DNA of 64,000 bases, from assembly GCA_963616565.1 (NCBI GenBank), contig CAVEKX010000005.1, positions 12,127-76,126 of the forward strand. Direction: 5' to 3'. The translations under genes and the position numbers were made by a program. The notes beneath the pieces are model-generated. The model ran no database searches and had not been told where the DNA came from. It was given only the letters and a program-made list of their open reading frames with translations. Origin of the DNA: Clostridium sp. CAG:343 (GTDB lineage: Bacteria > Bacteroidota > Bacteroidia > Bacteroidales > Marinilabiliaceae). Shown here one piece after another: positions 63,805-64,000 of this stretch (the first letter of the stretch is position 1; each line of letters begins with the position of its first letter).

Positions 63805-64000
63805 AGGTTCACGAGTCACAAATTCTGATACTATTTTAACAGGGGGGGGTATTATTTAATCATTTTAACTATACGAGTGGATTTCCGTCCACCTTTTTCT
63901 ATACATAAAGGACAAAAACAAAGACTTATCAGCAAAAACGAATAACACAATCGTTTGCGCTCTGAGTTGTAAAAATTAACACAGCATAATACACATTTAT

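Overview
This is a chromosomal segment of a fairly GC-rich Bacteroidota (Bacteroidales-like) genome. The taxon call rests on SusC/SusD pairs, TAnnTTTG -7 promoter boxes at consistent spacing, a DUF721-recF pair, a DUF4293 protein and an Rpn-type nuclease. Layout: (1) 1-7.1 kb, a + strand surface-glycan locus (GT2, EpsG-like polymerase, GT2, two GT4, epimerase) whose central part is visibly more AT-rich. (2) 7.3-25 kb, mainly - strand housekeeping genes (dnaK, pheT, folD, ffh, panB, recF, mdh). These are interrupted by an orphan nuclease-fold ORF, an SDR that lacks the catalytic Tyr/Lys, and a signalling cluster (HisKA_3 kinase, NarL-type regulator, ECF-like sigma with a Cys tail, HPt, STAS). 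(3) 26-31 kb, an AT-rich single-gene islet (wHTH + nuclease-like) and a GT2/GT-B/Wzi-like operon. (4) 31.4-37 kb, a 1438-aa double-activase/DUF2229-type protein with a small membrane protein and a divergent MaoC dehydratase. (5) malQ, cdd and tRNA-Trp. (6) 41.3-63.8 kb, two paralogous SusC/SusD units with three large unassigned surface lipoproteins, two BACON-GH5 enzymes and a SusE/F-like protein, split by an Rpn nuclease/transposase-like gene. I saw no CRISPR array, rRNA, integrase or prophage. No single locus is clearly a new system. The strongest candidates are the sigma/HPt/STAS module, the giant activase locus and the enzyme-poor tandem PUL with novel lipoproteins. All functional calls come from motif recognition by eye; no database search was possible.
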